A stretch of DNA of 64,000 bases from Sphaerodactylus townsendi (GCF_021028975.2 NC_059427.1:32922001-32986000), one strand, 5' to 3'. Counted from the first letter of the stretch, positions 52,223 through 64,000 are shown. Notes: a model not told the origin generated them from the letters alone. Program-made: numbers and translations.

Positions 52223-52303
52223 CGGTATTCTGCTCAATGACTTCCTCAGATGTTGCTCGGGAGATTGTTTCCATTTAGCCGCCTTCGTCTGTATAGCACA
52301 AAC
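52223..52303 (-). CDS. Candidate 81-nt exon (ATG at 52274, METISRATSEEVIEQNT)
   Basis: Acceptor TTCTCTTCTTCAAAG|, donor CCG|GTGAGT; unique sequence that retains CpGs. Confidence 0.4.
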
Positions 52304-52589
52304 CTTTGAAGAAGAGAATCTGGTTTCTGTACAGATGTTATATCAATATTAGGACAATTTTGTGACAAAATATGCTTAAGAACAGGGCTTTGTTAATCAG
52401 ATGCCATAAATATAGAATGTAATCACATTGCTACTCGGGTGCTGGGTTTCAGTTGCCATATGGCTGACATTTGGTACATGCAGGCAGTTAGGAATAAGCT
52501 TGATGGTCACACACCAATGGCCATGAAAACTAGAGCTGAGAAAACGGTATTAGGAGCCTTTCCTCCCTCGCCCCAAGCACTTGGACATT

Positions 52590-52810
52590 GTGCAAAGAGT
52601 TTTCCAGGCTGTGTGGCCATGATCGTAAAGCAAAAACTACCAGACCACCACAACAGCCAGCTGATTCTGGTCATGAAATTCTTTGATAATACACGGCACA
52701 ACCTGACTGTTTTGGGTTTCTGGGCCGAGTGGCCATGGTCTGGTACTGTTTGCTCATAATGTTTCACCTGCATCTATGACTGCCATCTTCAGAGGCATGT
52801 CATGGTATGA
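52590..52810. mobile_element. Penelope-like pseudo-LTR fragments in mixed orientation
   Basis: rc cctctgaagatggcagtcatagatgcaggtgaaac at ~52760-52796. Confidence 0.65.
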
Positions 52811-52884
52811 TGTGATTCTCTCCATGGCACAGTGCAGACCTGATGTGGAATGGGAGGCTGTTTTTAGGAAGCAGTTTCTCTGTC

Positions 52885-53828
52885 TGTCAGACCTCCCTAT
52901 TGGGTGCCCTAGCAATGCAGGCTAAAGATGGAAGCCATCTCATGTATTGGCTCAATGGTACCAATAGGGGGAATGACCTACCTGAGCATGTCTCCCTGTC
53001 AATCATTAACAGCCATCTACACCTTTCCTAAAGCAATCAGGAAATACAAAAGCCTCTGCCTGAAAAACCAGTCCCTGCCTCAGGACCTCCCTGCCTTAGA
53101 TTCAACAAAGATTCAACCTCCCTGCCTTAGATTCAACAAAGGCTATTCCGACTAGGTTCTTCAATACATTAATTCTATCTCCCTTCTTCTGATGAACCTC
53201 TGGGAAACACTACCTCATTTTGAATTGGAAAAGGCCTGGAACTGATTGCATCAGTTCCACCTTAAATATAACAATTTCTGGACACTCCCCGGGGTTGAAC
53301 CATCAAGTCAAGTATCCACCTCATTTTCTCCTTCAAAAGGCAAGTACTTTCTTTGTTTGGGAAGATTAGCTCTCTTAACATTGCTAGAGGGTCTGATTTT
53401 CCTATAAATTAGCTACCCACCTTGCAGTCAGTGCCCAGAGTATCTATTACATTGTGTGCCAGCTCCTTTCACCCCCATCTCTTTGGAGCTCAGTACAGAC
53501 ATTGAACTCTGCTTCTCTTGGACCATTCTTCTTCTAGATAAGGTAATTATAGCATTCCCCACAAAACCCTGACTTATTCCAGACCTATCCCTTCAGCCCT
53601 TTGTATATCTTAGGACTGTGTGAACTCTTTGTGTGCTTGTTTTACCATTTGAGTAAGTTTATTATTTTTATTCCTTCAATAAAACTTGTTAAACTTTCAC
53701 TTACAACTCCTGCAAAAGAGAAAAAACCTAGTGTAAACAAAAGTTGGTAAAGATTTTCTGGTTGTCCCCTCTTGCAAAGCAAGATCTGTCCTGCTAATTC
53801 CCCACTCTAAAAAGGACAGACCCTAACA
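52885..53828 (+). mobile_element. Possible solo LTR (~940 bp)
   Basis: TGTCAG...CTAACA ends; TATAAA at ~53403; AATAAA at ~53678; flanks TGTC/TTTC. Confidence 0.45.
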
Positions 53829-55324
53829 TTTCTGGCAACAATTGGGTTATGGTGGGGTATATGTTTTGTCCACCTCACAGGTGGGACACAGGCTGCCCAG
53901 AAAACTCACAGCAGCCAACCGTACAAAGATCCAGAAGATGTCCTGTCACCCAGCAAAGGTTTAGCTCCATTAAATGTAGGCTTGAACTTTTTGCTAAATT
54001 GCAGTTTTGCTTCATTTTAATTATACTTTAGATTGTCTTTAATTAGAAGTGGTGTAAAACTGGTACAAGCTGTCCTTTGAAAGACAGAGAAGTGGTGTGG
54101 AGATTTTTAAAAGCCAGGAAGCAAGCAAAAATACAACAAACATTGCTGAGAAATGCTAAAATGTAGCATCAAAACTACCAGCAATAACAATGTTCTTTGT
54201 AAGGTGTTTCCAAATATGCCTCTTTTGAGCCATACACAGCCCCCCCCCCCTCCATCTAGTTCAGTGCTGGAGTGAAATTAATTTAACGGTTCATCTAATC
54301 TAGTATCAAATAACAAATCATTACAAAGGGAGAAAAAGCATAGAACATCAGTAGGTGCTTACGGAAAAGATGGTTTCTGTTCAAAGTCTCTTATTCAAAA
54401 AGAGAGTTATGAGTTCTTCCCTATGATAACCATGGGTAAACACCACTGCCATACTGCCTTGCATCTGACCACTTCTTTAGCAAGTACTACAGACAATGTT
54501 CTAAACTGGACTTTAAGCCATCCTTAGAATGGCTGATGCTGTCAATTAAATCCAAGAAAGGATGAGCTGAAGGATATTAGAACTGGAATGTGCAATAATC
54601 TTCATACTATCTGTGATGGAAAATAGTTAGCTGAACTATGTATTAGCTAGAAACATGTGATATTATGTAACCAGTATTATTAGGAAGCTGAAGTATGTGG
54701 ACATGGAGTTTACAGACTTCATCTCTAAAAGGGGCGTGTCATGGAAGGATGCTATTGCTAGAGCAGAGGGAAATCACACCTGACTGTGAAAAGCATCTTT
54801 GCCTTTTCATCTCCTGGAGGGAGAACAGGAAACTATGCAGAGGTGCCAGGATGCAACTTCAAAGGCCTAAATTACCTCGTGGCTTGAACAGAGTTTTCCT
54901 GAGAGGGGGAAAACAAAGGATTTGGGATTCCATCTTGAGGCGTGGTCAGAGAAGGATCTCTGGGCCATGGGTTCCTGGAATGGGGACAAAGAACTTCCAA
55001 ATAAGACTGAATTCAGCTGAGTAATTGCATTTAAGCTTTATTTCTTTGTTTTGAACTTTTACGGTAAAATCGTTGAGAACTGGAGTTATTGGAGAAAAGG
55101 TCCCAGGTCTTTACTGAAACAAGCATTGGCTCTCCCAGGCTTGCTTTCATTATACTATCTATACTATTATTTTTGATGAATATATTCCTAGTAGCATGTG
55201 GTGGACCCTATTAGTACAAAGGTAACATTAGGACTGGTTGTACTACTGGATGAATAAAATCAAGCTATTGTTATTGAAGGGGATAGGAGAAAGATAGTCT
55301 AAACATGGTCAAAAGACCACTTTT

Positions 55325-55397
<73 letters not shown>
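55325..55397. repeat. (TAC)24 microsatellite
   Basis: Perfect repeat. Confidence 0.98.
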
Positions 55398-55400
<3 letters not shown>

Positions 55401-56368
55401 CCCCTCACGGGCATCCCCTTGTTGTGGGGAAGGAGGTTGTTTGCTGAAGTTAAGTGTTGGGGTAGTTAATCTAATGATTTGGGCACTTGGCTTAATGGGC
55501 TAAGCTCAGGAGATCCCAAGAAAGGGAGGAAGCTGACAATCATAGCTGTAAGGCAATAATAAATAGAGCTTAGACAAATGAAATGAGTTTTCTTGAAGAA
55601 TATCTGGCAGGAACTTCCTTGATGCAACCACATTACATGGTCTTTGTCTCAAGGAGGCAGACCAAGGTTGGACATGGGAACTGGCTTTCCCAGCTGAAGG
55701 CACGTTTTTTCCCCCCTTTAATCCCTTTAGGAAGGGAGAGGCAGGCTGTTTTGCAAGGCAGATGCTGGGGAAAACAAGTCCAGACAGGTTTTCTGTCCTT
55801 GTGGGTAACACTGAGCCAGTGCAGAGAATGGCACCCCATTTTGGCATTGTACTGCCAGGTACCCCAAGACAGGGCTCCCCAAACCACCGTGGGTTGGTCT
55901 GGTAACAGGCCATACTAGTTTCCTCTGTGAATTTTTGTCTCCCCCAACCTATAAAGTCCCCTATAGAGAAGATTTTGATTAGCCCAGGGAAGGCTGACAT
56001 CAACCCACCTGTTCTATTCTTGAGTTGCAGTTACTATTGATGAAGTCACAACTGAGAAAGGCAACAGCATGTGCCCAGCTGAAATCATCACTCTTCTCTG
56101 GGCCAATTTTCCTATAAAGTGTTGCTGTGTGTCCCAACTACTACATGTAGTTATGGCTGCATGATTTGTAAATTATGGCTGCATGATTTGTAAATTTCCA
56201 TGTTGTGGCAGTGGACTTGTGAGAGTGAGAGAAGTGAAGAGAAGAAAAAGAAAGTATCACTGACTTGATGCAGAGAGCAGGTTCTAAGCAGCAAGAACAT
56301 CCAATTTCATTTCCACTAATCTTTCAGAGTATGTTTTCTGCTACATAATCCCCAGAAAAGGCTTGACG

Positions 56369-56443
56369 CAAAGGGAATAATAACAACAGATTACCGTGTA
56401 AAGTATCAAAATCCAGTTTTAGCATCATAATCTTGCAGAACGT
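56369..56443 (+). repeat. 75-bp dispersed direct repeat, copy 1
   Basis: Identical to 59431-59505. Confidence 0.95.
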
Positions 56444-57439
56444 CTTTATTTGACAAAATGTTGTATTCCATGGCAGCTTGCAGTGGCTTTACTCCATGAA
56501 ATCAACTAAGGCATTGATATGTCATGGCTTCTTCACTTGCAATAACAACAGGCAGCTGGGCTGGTTTTTTATCATTGCAATGAGTAATTGCTTACATATT
56601 TAAAAGCTATGGGAGAAGCTTACAGTTGTGGCTGAAAAGGCAGAGTTGAGCAACTGAGAAGTACCATTGTGGTATAATGGTGGAAGAGACTCTGATTCAT
56701 ATTCCCACCCTGTCATAAAACTTGTTGGGTAACCTGGGGCAGATACTGGCCATTTATGCAGTTGTAATCTGCCCCACAGTGATGCTCATTCCCTTCCTCG
56801 CTCAGGGCTTACCCTGGAAGCAATACTGGCTCGAGGACAAAACTTTCACGAGCTGGCCTTCCTTCCAGCCATGTAATGGCGTCAATCTCCCCACCTCATG
56901 ACCAAACAATGATTTTTGTACCAGCTCACAAAACGCCTCCCACTCCCATCAAAACATACATGGCTCTCTCCCCACCAACTCTTTTCCTAATTTCCTAATC
57001 ACAACAACCCTATGAGGTAGGCTGTTAGCCTGAGAAACAACTGCAAGCCAGTGCAAGTGGGAATTAAGCATGTAAATCTCTCACAAATCACCCCAGTAAA
57101 ACATTTACCAAACAAAATGTCAGCATCATCTCTCACAAAGAAACACCTCCAGTGGAATCCACCCCCCAAACAGAATCACTTTCAATGGTGGCAATTGTTT
57201 AAACTAGGTCAAATTCTTCTTTAAATCTACCTTAAAGAGGAGAATCTGGGGTCCCCAGTTGTAACAAAATTGAAAGTGATGCTGTTTGGGGTGGATTCTC
57301 CCCACCCCTGAAACAGCATCATCACTTTTGAGGGTTGGAGATTCAGATGAAACAAATAGCAGATTTGGCTTGAATTCAAGCAAATTTAGCACATTCGACA
57401 AAAATTGTCCGGTTATGTCCCGCCCAAATATGAACATAA

Positions 57440-58805
57440 ATGCTAATGCTGCAAGGTATTTGGGGTTTTGGGGGTATTTTTGGGGAGTTTGGTTTCCAGG
57501 GAGCGTATTTTAGTTAAGCGGCACCATGATACCAGGGCATCATCCAGATACTGTCCTCCTGATGATACCACCCGGGAGCTTGGTGATGTTTGGTTCAGGG
57601 GCAGCAGGGTTATGGATGCCCAGCTGAATGTTTCATTCCCATCATTGTTGCCATCGGAGCTGAAAAAATAATCCTGAGATCGCGGGATACCTTTGAGGGA
57701 CGATAACTTTGGTCCTCTCTGAACGCTCTTCCTATAACTTGGAGTCACCACAATAAGAATACTTAACGAGATGATACCTGAGAATTTTGGTGTCACTAGT
57801 TTTTTAAAATACACTTTCTCCAGGTATCTCAGGCTTTGTTTCAGGATTCTTTGCTTTTGCGGTAGATTTTGTTCCACATTAGCTAATGAGGAATTCCCCT
57901 TGAGGCAAGGCTGCACATTTTTGAAGATAGAGGTGCCAGACTTTCTCAAGGTGGCTCCAAGAGGACACTTGAGTAATAGCATCCAAGCTTGGTGAGCTTT
58001 CTTCCGCGAATTTAAGGTGGGGGTTTGAGAGAGTTCTTGAGAGAACTCAGCCCACAGGCTTTCTTATTGCAAGAGCTGAAACAAAATAAGCCTTTTCAGG
58101 GGCCCATAAAATTGAAATCCCCAGAAGCAAAAGGTTTCCAAACTCTGGATGCTATTAACAGGAGGCCCCTCCTGGAGCAATTCACCCTGAAGAAGTCCTG
58201 GTGCCTCCTATCTTCAAAAAATGTGCAGACTGCCTACACATCTGTGAAATTCCCCATTGGCTACAATGGAGCAAAGTCAAAATGCAAAACAAAGAATCTT
58301 TGGGCAAATTTATTGGGGTGCCTGGAAGGCGTATTTTTTAAAGTTAGTGACACTGAAATGTTCCTCGGTATCATCTGTTAACTATTTCCCATGATGCCAC
58401 CCAAGTTTGAAGTGAAGTTATGTTCAAGGGGGGACCAAAGTTATGGTCCCTCAAATGGGTAGCCCCTACATCTCCAGGTTAGCTCCCTACTGAAAACAAT
58501 GGGGATAGGGGAATGCTTCGGGGTCCAGTACATAACTTTGCTACCCTGGACTAAACATCACCAAATTTGGGTGGTAATTATCAGGGCAGTTCCTCGGATG
58601 GGTACCCTGAAATTTTGGTTTGCCACCCAATAGCCTTAAAAAATGCGCCCCCCTGCAGGCGCCGGAACGCGGAAAAAAAAACACTTAAAACACATTAAAA
58701 AACACACAAACGACCTTACAAGAATGCTGGCGCCCCCCCATGTGACCAAATGGGGGGCGCCCGGGGACAAAGGGTACCCCCTGTCCCTAGGCAGGAACGC
58801 CACTG
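57440..58805. mobile_element. hAT-type element related to 13296-14242 (right end only)
   Basis: Shares tttggttcagggg..aagttatgg subrepeats; ends GGAACGCCACTG; left TIR not found. Confidence 0.7.
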
Positions 58806-59430
58806 CTTCCGTTTAGATTCGTGGTTCTGCACACATTTTCCCCTCTCCTGAACTCACAGCACTGCAGATCAGCGAAATCCCATGGGTTCTGAAAGTGGGC
58901 AAAGTACTACTTTTTCCCTGCTTGCGCAGGGAAAGTGAAGCAAAGCAGTATGCATTTGGCTTCCTCTGTGCTTTCAGTCCCCCTCCCACGCCTTCCCCTG
59001 CATATGCAGAAGCAGTTCTTCCTACCCCTTGACCTGCATTTCCGGAAGAACAATGGGGCTTTTTTGTTTTTAAATTTTGACACTTTTGATCTTCCTCAGG
59101 AGCAATAGATTGTTAAAACCACTTAAGTAAGAAAAAAGGGGGGAAAGGAAAGGCAGCAAACAACCTCCCAACTGGATAGCAGGTGCAGACAAAATGGTGG
59201 CTGGGCTTGGAGGAATCATCAGGGCATCTCCTTGTGAGTAAACTGAGAAACACAGGGAAACCTCACTGTGGAGCAAACAACCTTGGGGTAAGTCAATGAA
59301 ACCTGGTGGGATAAGTCTCATGATTAGAATATAACAATTGAGGGGTATAACCTATTTCAGATATAGACAAACCACAAAAGGAAGAGAAGTACCATTATAT
59401 GTCAGAGATGATTATACCTGTGAGCAGGTC

Positions 59431-59505
59431 CAAAGGGAATAATAACAACAGATTACCGTGTAAAGTATCAAAATCCAGTTTTAGCATCATAATCTTGCAG
59501 AACGT
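59431..59505 (+). repeat. 75-bp dispersed direct repeat, copy 2
   Basis: Identical to 56369-56443; followed by (cgtgcaccat)x2. Confidence 0.95.
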
Positions 59506-61386
59506 GCACCATCGTGCACCATCGTAATTGTTTAGGTTTTAAGTTATTGATAGTGTTTTAGTATTTTAACTTTACTGTACGCTGACCTGAGTCTAGCTCT
59601 GTCCAGAAATGGGCAAGGTATAAATGTAATAAAATATAAACAAAATGAATAGTCACCAGATTTAGGCATTCAAAGATTTAGCTGACTTTTTCTGAGCAAC
59701 TGAACAAGCTGAAGATTCTAAAAGGGTATATTTGTGAACAGTGGCGGAGGCACCCATGGGACGGGGGGGGGGGGGGCTCGATGCTCTGGGCAGAGCAGCA
59801 CTGGAGGTGTGGTGGGAGCATTCCGGGGTGGGGCAGGGCGTGGGCAGCACCACTGCAGGGGCACATGGCGTGCACGCCCTTCAAGTGCAGTTTCTTCTCG
59901 CTCCACCTCTGTTTGTGAGACATAATGGTGGCAGTTGTATCACATACCAGTTTCCCTGTGGAGCTAGAGAACTAGAGAACTAGAGAAAATGGCTTGTTCA
60001 GTGAGGGAACTACTACGGTATTAAACCACACTGACCTCTCTTCTCCTCCCCAAGGCCTGCCTTCCACAGGCTCCATCCCCACCCACCCACAAATCTCCAG
60101 GAATTTTCCAATCTAGAGTTGACTTTCGTTATAGCAATGCTAAATCCTATGCCTCACACACAACACACACACACATCTCCCTGGTATTCTGGCTACAACA
60201 AATTAGGAATGCCAGACTGAAATGCTGCTCTTCCAAAATGGTGGGCCCTCGGTAGAACTGCAGCATTTGAAATTGTACAACTGCAATATGCTAAAAGACA
60301 AGGTTTCCTTTTAGTCCTGGGGAGCTTTGTTGCCTGATGTAACTGCTGTATGGCATAACATAACTGTCTTGTGACCCTCGAGGGAAAAAAATCAAGCTGT
60401 TTACATCACTGTGCAGTGAATGGAAGCTTTTTGCCTTGTAATTTTGAAGATTATACAGCCAGGTAAAAAATCCTGTTGGGATACACAATGGGAAAAGGAT
60501 AGCTGAACGCCACACAGCAACGAACTATAACTACATTTCCATCTTATATATTCGGATGCATGTTGGGATGGGGTTTGCGGGGCTTGCTGTTTCCCTAGTG
60601 TTTACTCTCTTGTGCATGCAAAAAAAAATCCATTGCCTCCCCCATTAAGCACTCTTTGCCATCTCGCTATTACTTCAAAATGCGCCCACTAAATATAATC
60701 CCGGGTAAGTTTCGAGAGCACCGCTTCTACAAAGGATCTCCAAGGGCTTTACATAAAATAATATCCAGCAGCTTCGAAATTTAGCTACATTTAAGGTTTG
60801 CAAAGACCGACTCAAAAGATAAGTTCTCAATTGTGCTTTCAATGAATTCCCTGCATCTGCATTTCTGATGTCAAGTGGATATGAATTCTATAGCTGTTGT
60901 GCACTGCTAGCAAAAGCCCTACAGCCATGAAAATTTAATCTGAACGTCTTTTTCTTTTCTGCGCCTGTGATTATTTTGGAAGAGGGGAAAAAAATCTATT
61001 CTTCTTTTCACGTGTGAAATCTTGGTTGATTTTCCTGTCTCGTGCTTGGTCTGCATGCTATCCTTATGATTGTCTACATTTTTTTTTAAAAAAAACCCAT
61101 TTAATAAAAATGTCTTTGGGGACAATATTGTTAGTGGAATAAATGAGCTTCCCAGGCACAGTTGTGAATCAAATTAGTAGAATGCTTTTCACATGGAAAG
61201 TTGACTGCAGAGCTACACTATATTTGGGGGAAAAGAGGCAATTAACATTAATTGTTGAAGTGGCAGTACGATGAAATGCTGCATTGTGTGTTCCTTGATA
61301 CAGATACAGAAGATAAAAGGGGAGGGGCTGAAGGAAAAACACAGCACAAGAAACCAAATAACAAGGAAAGATAGAATGGAAACTAA

Positions 61387-61518
61387 GGCTCATTCAGCAC
61401 ATGCAGAATAATGCACTTTCAAACTGCTTTCAGTGCTCTTTGAAGCTGTGCGGAACAGCAAAATCCACTTGCAAACAGTTGTGGAAGTGGTTTGAAAATG
61501 CATTATTTTGCGTGTGCC
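61387..61518 (+). mobile_element. Harbinger MITE, 141-bp family, 9-bp deletion in the right TIR
   Basis: Matches 20835-20975; flanks TAA/TAG. Confidence 0.88.
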
Positions 61519-61794
61519 TAGGAAAACTCCCATCAGATTGACCCTACTATGTCCATGGAATCCATTCCTCTCAGCCCTCATAGCTACATGACACATTCAC
61601 AGGCAACTGAGTTCTGAATGATAGACACTTGTGGCAATAAACAAGCACTAGGGTAGATCCAGAAATCCTCCAAGGAGCATTCCTCCAACTTGAGAAGTTC
61701 TTTTCCAACAGACAACCCACTTAAATTGGAAGAAGGCTCCTTTGGCTAGAGAGAAGCTAAAATTTTTGCTGGGGGAGTGGTAGGATAAGGGTAG

Positions 61795-62106
61795 GATTGG
61801 TGTTTGGAATATGCTGCCACAGGAGGTGGTGATGGCCACTAACCTGGATAGCTTTAAAAGGGGCTTGGACAGATTTATGGAGGAGAAGTCGATTTATGGC
61901 TACCAATCTTGATCCTCTTTGATCTGAGATTGCAAATACCTTAACAGACCAGGTGCTAGGGAGCAACAGCCGCAGAAGGCCATTGCTTTCACTTCCTGCA
62001 TGTGAGCTCCCAAAGGCACCTGGTGGGCCACTGCGAGTAGCAGAGAGCTGGACTAGATGGACTCTGGTCTGATCCAGCTGGCTTGTTCTTATGTTCTTAT
62101 GTTCTT
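61795..62106 (+). mobile_element. CR1 3' end, (TTCTTATG)n subfamily
   Basis: High identity to 27152-27503. Confidence 0.9.
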
Positions 62107-63059
62107 AGGATCTCCCTCACTGTTGTTCTGCTGCAATTTTCCCTTGTTGAACGACATTTGGAACAGAATGCTGAACCAAACGCTGGAAACCACCAACTAG
62201 GGACAAGGAGCAGTTATTCCAGCTAAGATCATTAGTTTCAGTGGAATTAAACAGGAGTAACTCTGCACTGGATTGCACTGTGTGATGGGATCTGAGCCTC
62301 AGGACTTTATTTTCCTCCCTCCCATTTACTTCTCTTACAAAGCATCCATTTGACAGGAGGCAAAGATGACGCAACAAATCAAATAATGCAGAAGTGGGGC
62401 CTGAGCCCAAAATACTATCTGCCAAATCAACATCCCTCAATTAGGTACTTTACAAATATTCAGATCTCCCCAAATCTGTGTTGGTACCATTCTGGGGGAT
62501 CAGTGGAATAAACTAATCTTGGATGCCAAATATTCAATTCAGGGACAGAAAACAAGGCAGTGATCAGGTGAGCTGGAATAAAAAGGAGAAAAGGACTGCA
62601 AATGAGTCCTTTCCTTTTGGGATACCATCACGCTGGCTCCTCGATATTGCCTCTTCTATCTCTCTTCCTGGTTGCCTCAAACTCCATGGTTCTTCCTCAG
62701 CCATACTCCCCACCCCCACCCCACCATTTCCTTAAACAGAACACAAAAGTATTCTGAGTCCATTCTCTTCCTTAAGGGGAATGTGGCATTTTTGCTCCCA
62801 ACCCTATGGAAAACGGATCATGAGGCTCCAAGGGGCAGGGGCAGCCTTAGCTCAGTCAATCCATGGAAGGCTAGGAATTGTTTCTAAGCCACCAGCTATG
62901 TCTGAACTGCAGACTAGTTTCTGCATCTGCTGCTCCTGTCATTCACTCTATACTGAGCAATGCAGGAGTAGGTGCTTGCTTTGGATCGGAGCAAGAGGTT
63001 TTGGGATTTCCTTCAATCTATAATGAAAGAAGACTTCATGTTGTAACCTACTCTGCATC

Positions 63060-63320
63060 GGCTGTTATGAGTTTTCTGGGCTGTGTGACTGTGGCTCCTA
63101 ACATTTTGCCTGCATCCATGGCTAACATCTTTAGAGGCATGGTGCAGTAAGTTGTGTTTCTCTCCATGACTGTACACATCTTACCATGATATGCCTCTGA
63201 AGATGCCAGCCATAGATGTGGGCAAAACGATAGAAGCAAAACCTACCAGACTACGGCCACACTGCCCAGAAAATCCACATCAGTTTGTTGACTCTGACCA
63301 TGAAAGCCTTCAACACTACC
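63060..63320. mobile_element. Penelope-like inverted pseudo-LTR pair
   Basis: Inverted copy at ~63065-63145 and forward copy at ~63190-63320 (cctctgaagatgccagcc...tgaaagccttcaacactac). Confidence 0.75.
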
Positions 63321-64000
63321 CTGCTTTGTTTGGTGAGTGATATAATAATGAGGACTAATTTTTAAGACTGGTTATGTTATAACTGAGGATAGCAATGATA
63401 GTGGTGTGCACCCTGACTAATCTAATGGTAAACTGAGGCTTTCTAAGTTAACCAGTCATTATATCTAAGGCCAGAAGATTGGGGGAGAGGATTCCTCTGG
63501 GGTTGAATAATATTGGCTGAAATTTCATTGCTGTGTTGCATGGACAAGGGTCGGGGGTAAAGCTTGGTTTCTTTCAATATAGACTAATGTGCAGGTTAGG
63601 ATCAGTAGGATTGGCAGTGATACTGTCTTTGCAGCCAGGGTGGGGCTGTTCAAAATGCTGCCAGCCAGCTGATTCTTGCTGCTGATGACAACCCACACTA
63701 GGGAAGAGAAATCCTAAACATTACAGAGGTGCTCCATGAAATGAAGGCTAAAGTATTCTCGGTGCAAGGGCAATATAATTCTGGTCAGAAAATGGCACTG
63801 ATAATCAAGAATGAGGTAGATTTCATTTTGCCTTTTAGTAACGATGCAGTCTGAACTCTAGCCTTTTGAAATCAATGGACATATTCATCTTTCTGTTAAA
63901 TGAGCCTTAGATCTGATGAAATTATTCACCATCTTTGCTTCCAGGAAATGAATACGGAAGCCAATTCTATGTGATCAAATGTTTGTATACATTAAGCCTT

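Noticed and set aside
56748-56765. GGCCATTTATGCA Harbinger-like left end
   Set aside because: No matching right TIR or TSD found.
57443-58381. 179-aa and 118-aa ORFs
   Set aside because: They lie within hAT internal modules; no transposase or other motif.
62117-62440. 107-aa minus-strand ORF with a GTGAGG donor-like end
   Set aside because: No clear acceptor and no recognisable domain.
1-64000. Known miRNA, snoRNA or rRNA genes
   Set aside because: No match to the conserved mature sequences I could check by eye; an Infernal/Rfam scan is needed to exclude them.

Overview
This is non-microbial vertebrate genomic DNA: AT-rich, repeat-dense, intronic or intergenic, with two N-gaps. The repeats point to a squamate reptile, most likely a gecko (inference). 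They include Squam3-type tRNA SINEs, CR1, L2, R4/Dong and Penelope-like retroelements, solo LTRs, hAT elements with 8-bp TSDs (one SPIN-type) and ten PIF/Harbinger-type elements with 3-bp TSDs. No recognisable intact host gene, CRISPR array, rRNA or tRNA was found, and most ORF-track entries are noise or TE remnants. Best leads: (1) three minus-strand exon candidates (52223-52303, 32265-32375, 11320 downward) that splice in frame into an unrecognised 128-aa ORF; (2) a 1.16-kb Harbinger element carrying a Myb/SANT (trihelix) ORF, broken by three 1-nt frameshifts, just downstream of the last exon and of a same-strand solo LTR; (3) hammerhead-ribozyme cores in Penelope repeats; (4) ZNF143/THAP11-type motifs carried by palindromic hAT MITEs; (5) templated-insertion repair scars. 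I cannot demonstrate a new biological system from sequence alone. Family names come from motif recognition, not database searches.
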